Shown piece by piece: positions 63,364-64,000 of a DNA stretch of 64,000 nucleotides. The notes under the pieces are model-generated. The model searched no databases and was not told the origin of the DNA. It saw nothing but the letters and a program-made list of their open reading frames with translations. This DNA comes from Alphaproteobacteria bacterium (lineage in GTDB: Bacteria > Pseudomonadota > Alphaproteobacteria > Rickettsiales > UBA1997). Positions within the stretch are counted from its first letter, which is position 1, and every line of letters starts with the position of its first letter. The position numbers were made by a program, and so were the translations under genes. Location of the stretch: the NCBI GenBank assembly GCA_021151765.1, contig JAGKWR010000002.1:49918-113917 (forward strand). Direction: 5' to 3'.

Positions 63364-63420
63364 TTAGATTTTAGAAATTAGATTTGCGCCATCATTGATA
63401 AATCTAATTTCTAAAATCTT
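63364..63420. promoter_or_regulatory. Perfect 20-bp inverted repeat (agattttagaaattagattt / aaatctaatttctaaaatct) with a 14-bp GC-containing spacer, in the divergent queH-mutM intergenic region
   Basis: This was read directly. It sits 13 nt upstream of the mutM ATG and about 15 nt upstream of the queH ATG on the other strand. Confidence 0.35.
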
Positions 63421-63432
63421 AAATCAAAATTT

Positions 63433-64000
63433 ATGCCAGAACTTCCTGAAGTTGAAACCGTGCGCCGCGGCATTGCCAATTTAGCCGGCAACAAAGTCAG
63501 CAAAATTTTCCGCTCTGACAAAAAAATGCGCATTGAATCAACTCTTGATTTACAAAGTTTGAAAAATGCCAAAATCACTGAAATCAGCCGCCGCGCTCGT
63601 TATTTGATTATTCATTTCGACAACCAAAAAAGCTTGATTATCCATTTAGGAATGAGCGGCAAAGTAACTGTCAAAAACGACTTCGAAAAACTTAAACATG
63701 ATCATTTCGCGTTGGAATTTTTAGACGGTAAATACTTGATTTTAAACGATGCGCGCCGTTTCGGGTTTGTTGATTTAGTCGCTACTAAAAATTTAGAAAA
63801 ACACAAAATGCTGTCAAAGTTAGGGCCGGAACCTTTGTCGCAAGAGTTTGAGTTCGACTATTTGAAATCCCAGCTCCACGGCAAAAATATGAACATTAAA
63901 ACCACAATGATGGACAACGAAATTGTCGTCGGCGTTGGTAACATTTACATTAACGAATCGTTGTTTGATTCCAAGATTTCACCAACTCGCCAAGCTTCTT
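63433..64000 (+). CDS. mutM: Formamidopyrimidine-DNA glycosylase (Fpg/MutM), 3' end outside the window
   Basis: The N-terminal 'MPELPEVETVRRGI' catalytic Pro2/Glu3 signature is present, and the H2TH region starts ('...ILNDARRFG'). Confidence 0.85.
   Translation, partial: MPELPEVETVRRGIANLAGNKVSKIFRSDKKMRIESTLDLQSLKNAKITEISRRARYLIIHFDNQKSLIIHLGMSGKVTVKNDFEKLKHDHFALEFLDGKYLILNDARRFGFVDLVATKNLEKHKMLSKLGPEPLSQEFEFDYLKSQLHGKNMNIKTTMMDNEIVVGVGNIYINESLFDSKISPTRQAS

Overview
This window looks like a gene-dense stretch of an AT-rich alphaproteobacterial chromosome, probably a Rickettsiales- or Holosporales-like intracellular symbiont. The lineage call rests on a class I lysyl-tRNA synthetase, a VirB3-like protein, ankyrin-repeat proteins and an alphaproteobacterial-type aspartate aminotransferase. 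Most of the window is housekeeping: an RND efflux operon (acrA-like partial, acrB-like, oprM-like), a DEAD-box helicase, trmD, aspS, two class I aminotransferases, coaX, RNase J, glmM, nhaA, lptB/lptA, hisD, bamD, bioA, an acyl-CoA ligase, an M48 peptidase, kdsA, an OmpR-type regulator, a flotillin-like protein, secG, gcvT/gcvH, pth, a hybrid histidine kinase, nadA, trpS, lysK (class I), an MtaB-like methylthiotransferase, tRNA-Gly(GCC), ansB, queH and mutM (3' partial). RNase P RNA (rnpB) is present. Several things stand out. (1) alaS is split at a domain boundary into two separately encoded pieces about 29 kb apart: the catalytic core lies at 46991-47776 and the remainder at 16240-18051. (2) A palindromic repeat element flanks rnj on both sides, and one copy abuts the start of the alaS C-terminal fragment. 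(3) The 3' end of rnpB together with its terminator is tandemly duplicated about 2.4 times. (4) There is an accessory, host-interaction-like gene set: two paralogous prepilin-LamG proteins, one carrying an EGF-like module and a long poly-Gly C-terminal domain; two paralogous ankyrin-repeat proteins; and a 1960-aa Cys-rich secreted protein with sushi/CCP-like repeats lying directly downstream of tRNA-Gly. (5) An orphan virB3-like gene sits upstream of aspS. (6) A 428-aa protein of unknown function carrying a GxSxG motif lies next to a hybrid sensor kinase. I found no rRNA, CRISPR array, IS element or transposase.
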